The notes beneath the pieces are model-generated. The model was not told the DNA's origin. It saw only the letters and a program-made list of their open reading frames with translations, and made no database searches. 64,000 nt of DNA from Bdellovibrionales bacterium RIFOXYD12_FULL_39_22. GTDB taxonomy: Bacteria; Bdellovibrionota; Bacteriovoracia; Bacteriovoracales; Bacteriovoracaceae. The position numbers and the translations under genes are program-made. This document shows, piece after piece, positions 52,001 to 59,997 of this stretch. The stretch covers positions 74,787-138,786 of the forward strand of contig MEQL01000039.1 of assembly GCA_001770205.1 (NCBI GenBank), in the 5' to 3' direction. Position 1 is the first letter of the stretch, and each line of letters starts with the position of its first letter.

Positions 52001-54353
52001 TAATATCTGGACGGCCAGGAACCGATCCCGTTGCTTGCAACTGATAGTTTGCACCGGCCAAAGTGATAAATTGGTTGCTAAAAGTAGCAATCCCGCCTAC
52101 CGCACTTACGGTTAAGGTCGTCGCTGTTTGTAGTGGGCCTCCCGCTCCGTTTATTGCACTAAGGGTAATAGAAGTGTTGCTACCCACTCCTGTGTCAACC
52201 AAAAAGCCTCCGGCATCTACCACCTTAACTTGAATGGAATTTCCGCTACCATCTTGGATAGTTGCTCCGGCCACCGTTGGATCGGCCGGTTGATTAACAA
52301 ACTCAAAATGGTGAGGAATGCCGGTGACAATTTTAAAAGAACTAGAGGCAACGCTGCTTCCCAAACAAGAATGAGAAGCATCAAAAACGAAAGTTCCTGG
52401 TTGATTTACTGTGATGGCAGTAAAATCAGAAAGTCCGGCCACTGCGGGAATCACTCCACCAGTCAGCACAGCACCTGCGGCCGGATTAAGTGCTAGCGAG
52501 ATATCGGCCACCGCACAAGCAGTGGAAGTGATGTTATTGTCATACTGATCGCGCAAGGCCACAGAAACCTTCGTCATAGTATTTAGTACACCTGTTTCTG
52601 CGGGAGGTTGCGAGGTAAAGGTTAATTTGTTCGGATCATTGTGAATAATATCAAAAAGCTCTGTATTATCGATCGTCAAAGCAGTAGTGTTAACAGAGGC
52701 ACTTGCCTTAAGTTTATAATTAACATTGGCGGTTCTGATTTTTAAATCTGAAAAAGTTGCTACTCCCACAGCAGTTTGAGCGGAGACACTTCCGTAGACT
52801 GTGGCAGTAGGTGAGCCAGTAGCAAAACTCAATGCTACATTAACGCCATCGTTCGTACATTTATTGCCATACTGATCGCGTAACTCCACTTGCAAATTAG
52901 CACCTAAAACAGAAACGATCTGTTCACCGGCCTTGATTTTATTACCAGCGACATTTTTTGGATCATTCAAAAAAACCAGTTTTTTAGGTTCACCCGGGAT
53001 AATGGCAAAAAGATCACTCAGTTCAATTTCGCTTGGATCGAGCGCCGGAGAAGAAAATTTCATTTGATAACCACTGGCCACTTTATCAATATTAAAATCA
53101 AAAGTAGCAATTCCGGCCACTGCATTTTTTTGCCTGCTGCCTGTTAACACCGCGGTGTTACCAGAAGCATCATGCTCCCACCCCATCTCAACAAGTGCAG
53201 TGCTATTCACAAATTGCATGTTAGCATCAAGCAGGCGAATTTTTATTTGAATATTATCGCCAGCATATATAGCAGGGGGAGGAACTGGCATAGCAGGAAA
53301 AGCGCGAACAATTTCCATATAGACGGGAATTCCACCATAGAACCAAACATCCTGTTTACTACTAACATCGATATCGTTGGGTGGATTATCGTCAAAACGA
53401 GAAAGTGAGAGTCGTACTATTTGAGAAGTTAAATCATTAACATCGACGAAGGCCTTACCATCGGTAAAAGTTAATTCTTTAACTTTCGTTCCAGCACTAT
53501 TGTCAACATAAGCAAAACCATTTACATGAAAATTAACTTTCCCTGGATAGTAAGGAACAACATTGTTATCTTCATCCTCTACCTGAATAGTAACGGTGGT
53601 AGCATGGCCAACCTCACTATCTTTAGGATCAACAATTCGGAAGTGATCAGGTTTTTTTACCGCCACCACATTAACTCGAATACTTCCTGGATCTAGGGCG
53701 TCACCATAATCAATTAGAGTAAGCTGCTCTAAGACGATATCGCGAAAGTAAATGGCCTTCTCACTATATCCTTGTTGAATTAGCGCCTGATTAAAGGCTG
53801 GAATGGTACAGGCCGCATCTTTGTAGAAAACTCCACTACCATATCCCGTGGCATTAACACGAATGGTATTTCTAGCTGGAACTTTATTTCCGTAGTGATC
53901 AAGAGAAGTCACTTTAAAAGCGGCGCACTCTCCCTCATAAACGGTGGACGGGCCCTCCCAACCTAACATCTGCGGATAAGGATCTAGAATTTTAACTTTT
54001 GCGGAGGCCACCGCACCTTTAGCATCTTTTACTTTTACGGTGATAATTGAAGAGACATTAGGAATAACAAACTCTCCGCTAGAGAGTTGAGTTACTTCTA
54101 TAGGTTGTTTATTTTCATCTTCCATAGAAAAAACATATTGAGGAGATCCTCCCGTAGCATAAAACTTCTTAACTTGTCCGACGTTTACTTCAAAATCATA
54201 TCCCGCACCACTGCTGCTGCCTTTTATTATTTTGAGAGGTTCTCCTCTCTCGATAATTTCTTTTACATCTTTGTTTAAACATCCAGCTGTAGTAAAAAGC
54301 AAAATGAGCAGCAGGAAATTTAACAGCAACTTGGACAAAGATAATGTTTTCAT
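46089..54353 (-). CDS. giant Ig-like repeat lipoprotein (2754 aa) with DUF1566/Lcl-like, FN3-like and Gly-rich C-terminal domains
   Basis: Lipobox TAGC; roughly 16 repeats with a D(Q)xGN motif; NYC..WYLPARGE..YWSST..VRCIR; YYFRVC and YYVRVC FN3-like ends; IKAWGAGGGG. Confidence 0.88.
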   Translation of the reverse strand: MKTLSLSKLLLNFLLLILLFTTAGCLNKDVKEIIERGEPLKIIKGSSSGAGYDFEVNVGQVKKFYATGGSPQYVFSMEDENKQPIEVTQLSSGEFVIPNVSSIITVKVKDAKGAVASAKVKILDPYPQMLGWEGPSTVYEGECAAFKVTSLDHYGNKVPARNTIRVNATGYGSGVFYKDAACTIPAFNQALIQQGYSEKAIYFRDIVLEQLTLIDYGDALDPGSIRVNVVAVKKPDHFRIVDPKDSEVGHATTVTIQVEDEDNNVVPYYPGKVNFHVNGFAYVDNSAGTKVKELTFTDGKAFVDVNDLTSQIVRLSLSRFDDNPPNDIDVSSKQDVWFYGGIPVYMEIVRAFPAMPVPPPAIYAGDNIQIKIRLLDANMQFVNSTALVEMGWEHDASGNTAVLTGSRQKNAVAGIATFDFNIDKVASGYQMKFSSPALDPSEIELSDLFAIIPGEPKKLVFLNDPKNVAGNKIKAGEQIVSVLGANLQVELRDQYGNKCTNDGVNVALSFATGSPTATVYGSVSAQTAVGVATFSDLKIRTANVNYKLKASASVNTTALTIDNTELFDIIHNDPNKLTFTSQPPAETGVLNTMTKVSVALRDQYDNNITSTACAVADISLALNPAAGAVLTGGVIPAVAGLSDFTAITVNQPGTFVFDASHSCLGSSVASSSFKIVTGIPHHFEFVNQPADPTVAGATIQDGSGNSIQVKVVDAGGFLVDTGVGSNTSITLSAINGAGGPLQTATTLTVSAVGGIATFSNQFITLAGANYQLQATGSVPGRPDIILGAAQSAAAGFDVIPANPVSIAFKVQPDEDGNDTVAGVDIAPAVTVEVRDQYGNKTNSNGVEITISLAHDASISANAVLKTTDSLVVNTINGTATFNSLFIEKISKALDEYTLNATATNIVAAPTITNPGKVALSSGFKIIAAGADHLAFVAQPPLQTVSNIAMATFTVQAVDAFGNSVAQSGITATLSFAATGQPVAAVITNATASTNASGVATFSTTSINKAFNGYVFTATGDLAGALPNAAAAAQTSSAFEILGGGPAKVAIDEVLLQSAADATAGVAIRTVTVRVLDGDDNPANATALSGASLALQLVHLNGATGLGTTQIIFDGSTNVATFSNFVVQKADTNYKLKASYNAGTILSVDTTSTFNVTHNIPHHITFTQNPPSSPNAKAKENFTVAVEIRDQYENVVSSSTGNNVTLSLTTNPAGATLSPAAPADTTLLGAASIAGISLDKKGVGYRLTASALVGIYNVSGTSTLFNIDYGNPHHIVIYQQPPVDEDVGVNMNPPIIIEIQDEGNNRVESHAAIQVTLEFVDNNTGASLPADYSGYQVSTTNGLASFSAFTVNVTGLDYTIKALATLPVIGAVETAESEAFDILAGNPAKLAFISTVADATAGKDISGIVVEIQDGAGNKVYRAGETITLIVDSGPGTTIYNLTQTTNANGEAIFNNLAVNSRPQIRLSGVYTLGATATIGGTPINNGMISSNAFTIYTDVAHHLEFANVASPTQVLTDIAPFTVTLHDQYHNVVTANDGANVTLSLKLNPGTATINGTNPRTLSSGIATFDNIDLSMPGTGYQFTATFNAITKDSNLFNIITDPATHLVFTIMPASGANVVAGTNFAVRVEARNASNIVDPTFTCSVVLTSPVAVFNGSTSSTVAAVAGIVNYNVNLHTAGANYTLSANCANPAISGVAATTFNIIPAAANHLHFTSQPQNEVIGGTIEGDANAAVQVAVHDIYENVTTNVSSTIVMSLANDPNAPGSPSTLSTTLNATTGSTGVASFNNLQINKSGIGFTLRATISSTAITTTSSAFNIFTEPASKFVIIEPTDVYVTQNATILVEAQTSTGLKDFAFSGTVTLIADGFSTGEGLVTITNGSGIITITDTIIETVNLSLSNGTEDGTGRVLTTTDVKDVDFMEPPDCTASDAIGTACGGGWKASATHVISLADATYMYGGYNFSGDPADDVNGLANTQTLYSHGHHNAANYCYDLVATGVFRNWYLPARGEFVGADGVFNSLVSAGKTAAVGLVTTNGVYYWSSTNNTNYTARQVNVTDAASTYRYERKDTSYKVRCIRPFGNANIESIQFQPIASAVYGEVTLQLRAIDSDGGLYTNFEGDVTLEQNPTALNITGLGVVHFSGGIGYATINVTEPGDVTIAMDSTPLAYDGYRVDTSDTISFTVAGEVETLTASTMAPTANDIHLEWGPTVAGEEDEYIISYAAGSAPPVNCTGGATISASSATDYDVFGLAGLTTYYFRVCWKNIANNTTSTGALVIKTTPEAECLSTDPAGKICSGGIKFMTGWVVARDSASPTAIHYGGAYSFSAATAHCDTLVSNGRSDWIVAGGSNPNPSNTNHFASLLLNRGVLGLVSTNHSHWTSDNASGSLRYYASWITTSSTFSEYTQNVSYVYTVMCVRNYGQTSDVQNLTITANNPTPKDILIDWDASGDGVEDNYIVAYQTGGFPAAQCGGGTTISTAATNYTLNNLSSSTTYYVRVCLFDANTGYTSSGKTATITMPNYSEIDCTVPGNQIIDYLGAIKYVIMGNNCNSVTIKAWGAGGGGAIDDYDGTITNVDGGAGGFASLTQNVLLGDVLQLRVGGRGNYGSGSAVYGWPNGGNGIDYGDCAVGCWSGVTGGGGGSTSVTLSGAVILEAGGGGGATAFGAGVAGGGIGACVPAGIQNGANAMDFLDGDEAGGGGGYCGGAINGAGTSYFSPGGLQTAGSGTTPGNAADPDRGTAGNKDTNGRLIISW

Positions 54354-54375
54354 AAAAAATCCCTCGTTATGCCCT

Positions 54376-57300
54376 CTATGGAATTACACACCGATATCCA
54401 ACATTGGAATAAGCAAAAGTAGGATCAAAATTTCCCACACTCGCTGAAAAAATCCCAACATCAGTTTCGGTAGCACTATCCCATGATAGGCCACGTACCA
54501 TTCCTTCCAATCCCATTCCGTTATAAAGTAAAGTTCCATAATTATGATTATTCGAATCATTACTGCCAGGACCAAAATTTGCCATATCATTTGTATGCGC
54601 TAATAAAATATTTTTGATGGCAATATTTCCTGCGGCATCAAATGTTAAACTGGAGCGATTAGTAGAAACCCAGCTAACAGTATTTCCTGAAAAATCCCAA
54701 ATTATGGCACCACTTTTAAGAGTATGCGTTCTTCGATTTACATGCCATACACTATCAGAACAGATGGCCGTACTAGCGCGAGAGTCAGTATATCCAGCAC
54801 ATGGACTATAATCATCGGAAGCGGCCAAGCGAGAATTCGGGGCCAAAGAATTTGAATGGCCACGATTTACCGAACCCGAACCTATCGCGATGCTCCAATT
54901 AGAGGCAACAGCGATAATTTCTCTGGCCACGGTTTGCCATTCATTATTAGTAACTAGGTGTCCTCCCAGCGCCACACATGCCGCACTAGCATCGGCCCGG
55001 TTGATGTTAATTTTCGGCAAACTATTTTTGGTCGAGCCGCCAGCACTGTCCATCTGATATTTGGAAATACAAAATGGGCCATCTTGCACATAAACAAATC
55101 CCTCTTCCGCACAATCATTGATCACCAATAATTTGGGAGCAGATAGACTTACCACATTAGATCCACCTGGAATGCTCATAGAGAGTGAAACAATTTCTGC
55201 GACAGCACCGGTAACGTTGAAAGTCGCAATCCCACTATCAATTCCATTATCCACAATTGTAACGTCAGAGCTATCATCCACCAAATCTATATCATACCCA
55301 GTATCGTTATCTGCAAAAGTATTAATATTTCCATATTGGTCACGCGCCTCTACTCGAACAATGGTGGCAACATTAGGAATAGTATCAGTGGGTTTTAATA
55401 AAACAAAATTGGTAACACTAGCGGCCAAAAACTGAGTATTATCTGAAGAAGAGTTTCCTGCGATGGCACAACTACCACCACCAGGAAGAGTTAGCGTGTA
55501 TTGAACTGTCTCTGCCTTTTCATTGTAAATTTTTACTCGCCCCTCTCCGTTCACAAATGTTACAACGTTTCCTTGAGAGAAAGATGAATTATTACTATCA
55601 TCAGTTATAACAATTCCCGAGTTACAGTTAACGGAAGTAACGACGTTGACCCCAGTAGCATCAACGGCCTTTATTACCACTTCCGCACTATTATTTCCTG
55701 CAGCAACAGTGGTCGGTGCTTCTATAGTGTAATGATCAAGGCCGCCAGCGGTGAATGCCACTGTATTATTTTCCAGAATCGTTACACCGGATGCCAGATC
55801 TGGATTAGACAATACAAGATTGACTGTTTCGGCCACTGAATCAGTTAGTTGACAGGCGGCCGCACCACTTTGCCCATCCACAATAGCTAGAATTCCAGAA
55901 CACCCAACTGCCGCCGAGCCAGTTGTGGCAATCGAAACGCTACCGCTGTGTCCAAAAACACGATTTCCAAAATGATCTTGGGCCTGTACTAAAATATTAG
56001 CAGTTCCATTAACGGCAACATCCGCATGATTTAAAACAACATATTTTTCTATTTCACCAAAAAAGAATTCTACACTTTGCGCTGCTCCACCGTCATCATA
56101 AGTTAACACCCCGGTATTTACGATGGCCAGCTCAACCACTTCCGCTATATTGTTGTTTATTTCAATGGAGCCCAGGCCGCCAACTATACTGACATCCATA
56201 CTTCCAGAAGTTGCTTCGGCGGAATCATTTCCATCACTAAATTGCAATTGCACTACAATATCGTGGGCCACGGGATTGTTATTACCATCTACAGTAATAA
56301 TTTCGATAGTGGTAGGAGTTCCGGCCGTAGAGTCCGTTATAGTTTTAAAAATAACTTTTTCAACGACATCAGAAGAGAAATTTATTATTTCAGTATCACT
56401 TAGATCACTGATCGTTCCTTCAGCAAAATCAGTCCTCTCCAACGAAATAGTAACTTGCTCCGCAATCAAATTGCTTACGTTAATGGAACCATACCCATTG
56501 GTTATAGTCACCGTACCGTCTCCGGCCACCGCAGCATTGCCCGTGGCCGCCAATCTAACAGTACCGCTATATGAAGCGGCCACTGCATTAGTGGCATCCC
56601 GTGCCTGAATTTGAATTCCATGTCCTGTAGGCCCAACAGTAATAGAGCCGGAAATTGGCACTATGTAAAATTTAGTGGCCACTCCCGAAGTAATCATTTC
56701 TAGGAGGTGGGTGCCATTGGATAATCCATCAGTGGCGGCCACAAACTCAATAGGAGCTCCCTCCAGTACATTGTTTTTGTAATAAAGAGGTTGATCCGTA
56801 TCACCTTCTGATAGTTCGAACTGATTATTATCAAGTGCTATGGAGCAGTTGAGATCAGAATAAAAGGCCCCCAAAGAAGCACCGGTTAATGTGATGGTGC
56901 GGGCATCTGATCTTCTGGCGTTATTGCCAAATTTATCGATAGTGTGAATGGTGAATTCCTGACAGTCAGAGGTCAACACCTCGGCCGGCCCATTTATTTG
57001 TAACTGATAAGGTTCAAGACTAATTACATTGATGGTGGCATAAGCAGAGTGGCCCGCAGAATCTTGCACCAAAATTTTTACTGCTCCGGCGGTTGTTCCT
57101 GCAGTATAAAATCCCGATTTAAGCCCAATGTTTCCAGCACCGGAGACAACGGTATAACGATATGGTGCTTTTCCACCTTCGGTAAAAAACTGAACGTTGT
57201 CTTCAACTTCTAGATTACTGACCACTTCCGGATCGATGATAAGTGCTGGATAAACTACTGCGGGTTCTTTGACTTTCATTTCAACGCAACCACCAACAAA

Positions 57301-57378
57301 CAACAGTTGCATCATGATCAACACCACCATAGGAATGGCAAGAAGCTGTTTTATTAATGCTTTAGAAGAGGTAGTCAT
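54376..57378 (-). CDS. Ig-like repeat lipoprotein with C-terminal FGE-sulfatase/C-type lectin fold
   Basis: Lipobox VGGC; about 6 DxxGN repeats; FCISKYQM..ACVALGGHLVTNNEWQ..IWDFSGN..GYRC; likely start ATG 57378. Confidence 0.85.
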   Translation of the reverse strand: MTTSSKALIKQLLAIPMVVLIMMQLLFVGGCVEMKVKEPAVVYPALIIDPEVVSNLEVEDNVQFFTEGGKAPYRYTVVSGAGNIGLKSGFYTAGTTAGAVKILVQDSAGHSAYATINVISLEPYQLQINGPAEVLTSDCQEFTIHTIDKFGNNARRSDARTITLTGASLGAFYSDLNCSIALDNNQFELSEGDTDQPLYYKNNVLEGAPIEFVAATDGLSNGTHLLEMITSGVATKFYIVPISGSITVGPTGHGIQIQARDATNAVAASYSGTVRLAATGNAAVAGDGTVTITNGYGSINVSNLIAEQVTISLERTDFAEGTISDLSDTEIINFSSDVVEKVIFKTITDSTAGTPTTIEIITVDGNNNPVAHDIVVQLQFSDGNDSAEATSGSMDVSIVGGLGSIEINNNIAEVVELAIVNTGVLTYDDGGAAQSVEFFFGEIEKYVVLNHADVAVNGTANILVQAQDHFGNRVFGHSGSVSIATTGSAAVGCSGILAIVDGQSGAAACQLTDSVAETVNLVLSNPDLASGVTILENNTVAFTAGGLDHYTIEAPTTVAAGNNSAEVVIKAVDATGVNVVTSVNCNSGIVITDDSNNSSFSQGNVVTFVNGEGRVKIYNEKAETVQYTLTLPGGGSCAIAGNSSSDNTQFLAASVTNFVLLKPTDTIPNVATIVRVEARDQYGNINTFADNDTGYDIDLVDDSSDVTIVDNGIDSGIATFNVTGAVAEIVSLSMSIPGGSNVVSLSAPKLLVINDCAEEGFVYVQDGPFCISKYQMDSAGGSTKNSLPKININRADASAACVALGGHLVTNNEWQTVAREIIAVASNWSIAIGSGSVNRGHSNSLAPNSRLAASDDYSPCAGYTDSRASTAICSDSVWHVNRRTHTLKSGAIIWDFSGNTVSWVSTNRSSLTFDAAGNIAIKNILLAHTNDMANFGPGSNDSNNHNYGTLLYNGMGLEGMVRGLSWDSATETDVGIFSASVGNFDPTFAYSNVGYRCVIP

Positions 57379-57554
57379 AAATATACCTTTCTCGTCGGTT
57401 AATTCACTTAAAAACATTATACCCGAGAAGGCAGCAATATTTGCTTTTACAAACCATCTACTAAAATTCAACAACTTGACCTATAGGGGCCATGTAGTAA
57501 TAATTATTTAGATGGCAAAAAAGTGCCAATGTTCTTAGGTGCCCCCTTTGTAGT

Positions 57555-57581
57555 TACAATTTTTAGCTAATTGCCCGATAT
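57555..57581 (+). promoter_or_regulatory. sigma-28-like promoter upstream of motA
   Basis: TACA-N15-CCCGATAT. Confidence 0.5.
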
Positions 57582-57646
57582 GACATAACAACAGCGTAAC
57601 AAACAAGATAACCTGCGCAATCTATGGAATTTAATGGAGAAAAAAG

Positions 57647-58432
57647 ATGAATTTATCACTGCCTTTTGGCCTTTTTATGGGTGCTGGAATCATAATTTGG
57701 GCAATTGTTCAAGAGATCAGCAACCCCATGATTTTTACCAATGTTCATGCGATAGCTATCGTCATTGGGGGAACTACCGCTGCGGCCATGGTCTGTTTTC
57801 CCTTTAAACACATACTCAGCATTATGCGCATTATGTTCAAGGCCAGTACTGGTGGCTTTCAAAAAGAGACCATCGGAACCATCAATGAAATTGTAGAACT
57901 TTCACAAATGATGGTGGAAGACAAACCACTTGAAGAGGCAATTGCTAAAGTTCGCAGTCCCTTTTTGCGTGAATCTTTGCAACTAGCGGTAGATGGAACT
58001 ATTCCGGATAATGAATTGGAGGCCGTACTTTTTAAGCGAGTGGAAATTCAAAATGAAAAATACAAACAAGAAGGAATTACTTACAAAATCATTGGTAAAT
58101 TTCCACCGGCCTTTGGACTAATTGGAACCACGCTGGGAATGATATCTCTTCTACAAGGATTGGGAGGCGAATCAGCTTTTGAAAAACTAGGCCCGGCGAT
58201 GTCAGTTTCTTTGACCGCTACCTTTTATGGCCTCGTAGTGGCAAATCTTTTTTTAATTCCCATTGGTGAAAACCTCTCCTTTGCTTCTCAACACGATCTA
58301 ACTCGTCGAAGAATTATCGTAGAAGGTGTCATGCTTTTAAAACATCGAAAACATCCTCTGATCGTGGAAGAGTGTTTAAAAAGTTATCTTTCCCCCGCGG
58401 ATCGAAATCAGATGAAGAAAGTAGATATTTGA
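57647..58432 (+). CDS. motA: MotA/PomA-family stator subunit
   Basis: IVIGGT, PFLRESLQLAVDG, PAFGLIGTTLG, ATFYG...NLFLIP. Confidence 0.93.
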   Translation: MNLSLPFGLFMGAGIIIWAIVQEISNPMIFTNVHAIAIVIGGTTAAAMVCFPFKHILSIMRIMFKASTGGFQKETIGTINEIVELSQMMVEDKPLEEAIAKVRSPFLRESLQLAVDGTIPDNELEAVLFKRVEIQNEKYKQEGITYKIIGKFPPAFGLIGTTLGMISLLQGLGGESAFEKLGPAMSVSLTATFYGLVVANLFLIPIGENLSFASQHDLTRRRIIVEGVMLLKHRKHPLIVEECLKSYLSPADRNQMKKVDI

Positions 58433-58480
58433 TAAATTTTTCACCATATCTGGCCTTTGATGGGCATAGAAAAATTTAAA

Positions 58481-58520
58481 GAAGATTAGAAGATTAGGAA
58501 ATTAGAGGATTAGAGGATTA
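58481..58520. repeat. 5 x 8-bp tandem repeat between motA and motB
   Basis: GAAGATTA GAAGATTA GGAAATTA GAGGATTA GAGGATTA. Confidence 0.85.
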
Positions 58521-58550
58521 ATGAAAAAGGAAGAAAAAGGATAATATGTT

Positions 58551-59303
58551 ATGGGATCAATTTTAGGAGGAAATAATAAAAAAGGCGAAAATATTCCCAA
58601 GCGGTATGAGTTCAAATCAAGTCCGGTGGAAGTTCATGATGATGGAGAAGGAAATTGGCTTGTTTCATATGCCGACATGATGACACTGCTGTGGGGGTTC
58701 TTTGTAATTATAACCATTTTTTCTACTCCCGACGCTTCTAAATTTGAAAAACTAAAAGAGCATACTTCCCAGGCCATGGGAGGAACATACCAGCGGCCGC
58801 TCAATGAATTAACGGAAGAATTAGAACAAGTTTTTGCCGAGATGAATATCAATCAAGATATCCGAATAGAAAATTTAATTGACGGTATAAAATTAACCGC
58901 TAGCTCCACTCGTTTTTTTGCCTCGGGAGATGCTAGTCTTTCTACGGAATCAAAATCTATTTTGGAAAATATTGGAAAAATTTTTCAGGATAGGGCCCAG
59001 GGTTATAAAATAATAATCGAAGGACATACAGACGATGTACCCATCAACACGAAAGAGTTTCCTAGTAACTGGGAGTTGTCATTGCGCCGATCAAGCGAAG
59101 TGGTGAGACTTTTTGAAAACATGGGAATTCCTCATGCAGATTTGCGGCCAGTGGGCCTATCCGATATTGAGCCAATGAAAGAGATCAGCGGATTATCCGG
59201 AGATAAACTTCGAGATGCTCGTGCGCAAAATAGACGAATTGTAATCCGAATTCAAAAACAGATTAAGGCCATTAAAGCACCAGTTAAAACAGAGAAAATT
59301 TAA
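58551..59303 (+). CDS. motB: MotB/PomB-family stator subunit
   Basis: WLVSYADMMTLL with the conserved Asp; OmpA-like EGHTD, NWELS..RS and NRRIVI. Confidence 0.94.
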   Translation: MGSILGGNNKKGENIPKRYEFKSSPVEVHDDGEGNWLVSYADMMTLLWGFFVIITIFSTPDASKFEKLKEHTSQAMGGTYQRPLNELTEELEQVFAEMNINQDIRIENLIDGIKLTASSTRFFASGDASLSTESKSILENIGKIFQDRAQGYKIIIEGHTDDVPINTKEFPSNWELSLRRSSEVVRLFENMGIPHADLRPVGLSDIEPMKEISGLSGDKLRDARAQNRRIVIRIQKQIKAIKAPVKTEKI

Positions 59304-59370
59304 CTACGCCAAAAAGATCACTCTACTAGCAACTGCCTTATCGCTCCATATGATTAAGACCTATGCAAAA

Positions 59371-59997
59371 TCATTCGTCGTTGGCATCATTGGCAACCGC
59401 TGCACCCGCATCAACTGCCGCTGATTCTTTGATAATTTTTTGATGATCGATGGAAAAAGTGTTACTTGATTCTCCCTCCCCTGCTCCAATATTTCCAATC
59501 GCCTCGGCCGCAAATGTTTGGCCAATACTTCCGTCAGTGGTATTAACCGTTGCTTCGTCACCTAAATCGTCCGCCACCTTGGGAGCAGTTCCTCCGGCAG
59601 TTTTTCCGGCGCTGAACGCCAAATGTCCATCACCAGCAGCCCCATCCGTTGCACACAAAGTCTCTCCTGTACCAGCATTTGTATCGGCGGCCTGATTGGC
59701 CACCGCAGCATTTGCTCCAAAACCGATAGCATAATAGCGGCCGGAGGCCGGGCCAGGATTAAATCCCATGTGAAACAAACAAGTAGCATAGTTGTCATAA
59801 TCAGAATAAAAACCAGACTCCGCCATATACAAGGATGAAAGCTGTGTTTTTGCCTCCGTTTTCCGGGCCTTAACTTGATATTTTTGAAAGTTAGGAACTG
59901 CCACCATACTTAAAACACCAATGATTGCAACAACCGCCATCAACTCAACGAGTGTAAAGCCAGCAATCCCACTAATCATTTTTTTCCAGCTTTTCAT
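59371..59997 (-). CDS. pilA: type IVa major pilin
   Basis: G|FTLVELMAVVAIIGVLSMVAVPNFQKYQVKARKTEAK; ATG 59997 after AAGGAG. Confidence 0.88.
   Translation of the reverse strand: MKSWKKMISGIAGFTLVELMAVVAIIGVLSMVAVPNFQKYQVKARKTEAKTQLSSLYMAESGFYSDYDNYATCLFHMGFNPGPASGRYYAIGFGANAAVANQAADTNAGTGETLCATDGAAGDGHLAFSAGKTAGGTAPKVADDLGDEATVNTTDGSIGQTFAAEAIGNIGAGEGESSNTFSIDHQKIIKESAAVDAGAAVANDANDE

Noticed and set aside
46089..57378. Diversity-generating retroelement targeting the FGE/DUF1566 tips
   Set aside because: No reverse transcriptase and no adenine-variant template repeat seen in the window; a remote DGR cannot be excluded
58481..58520. CRISPR array
   Set aside because: 8-bp units without spacers; no cas genes
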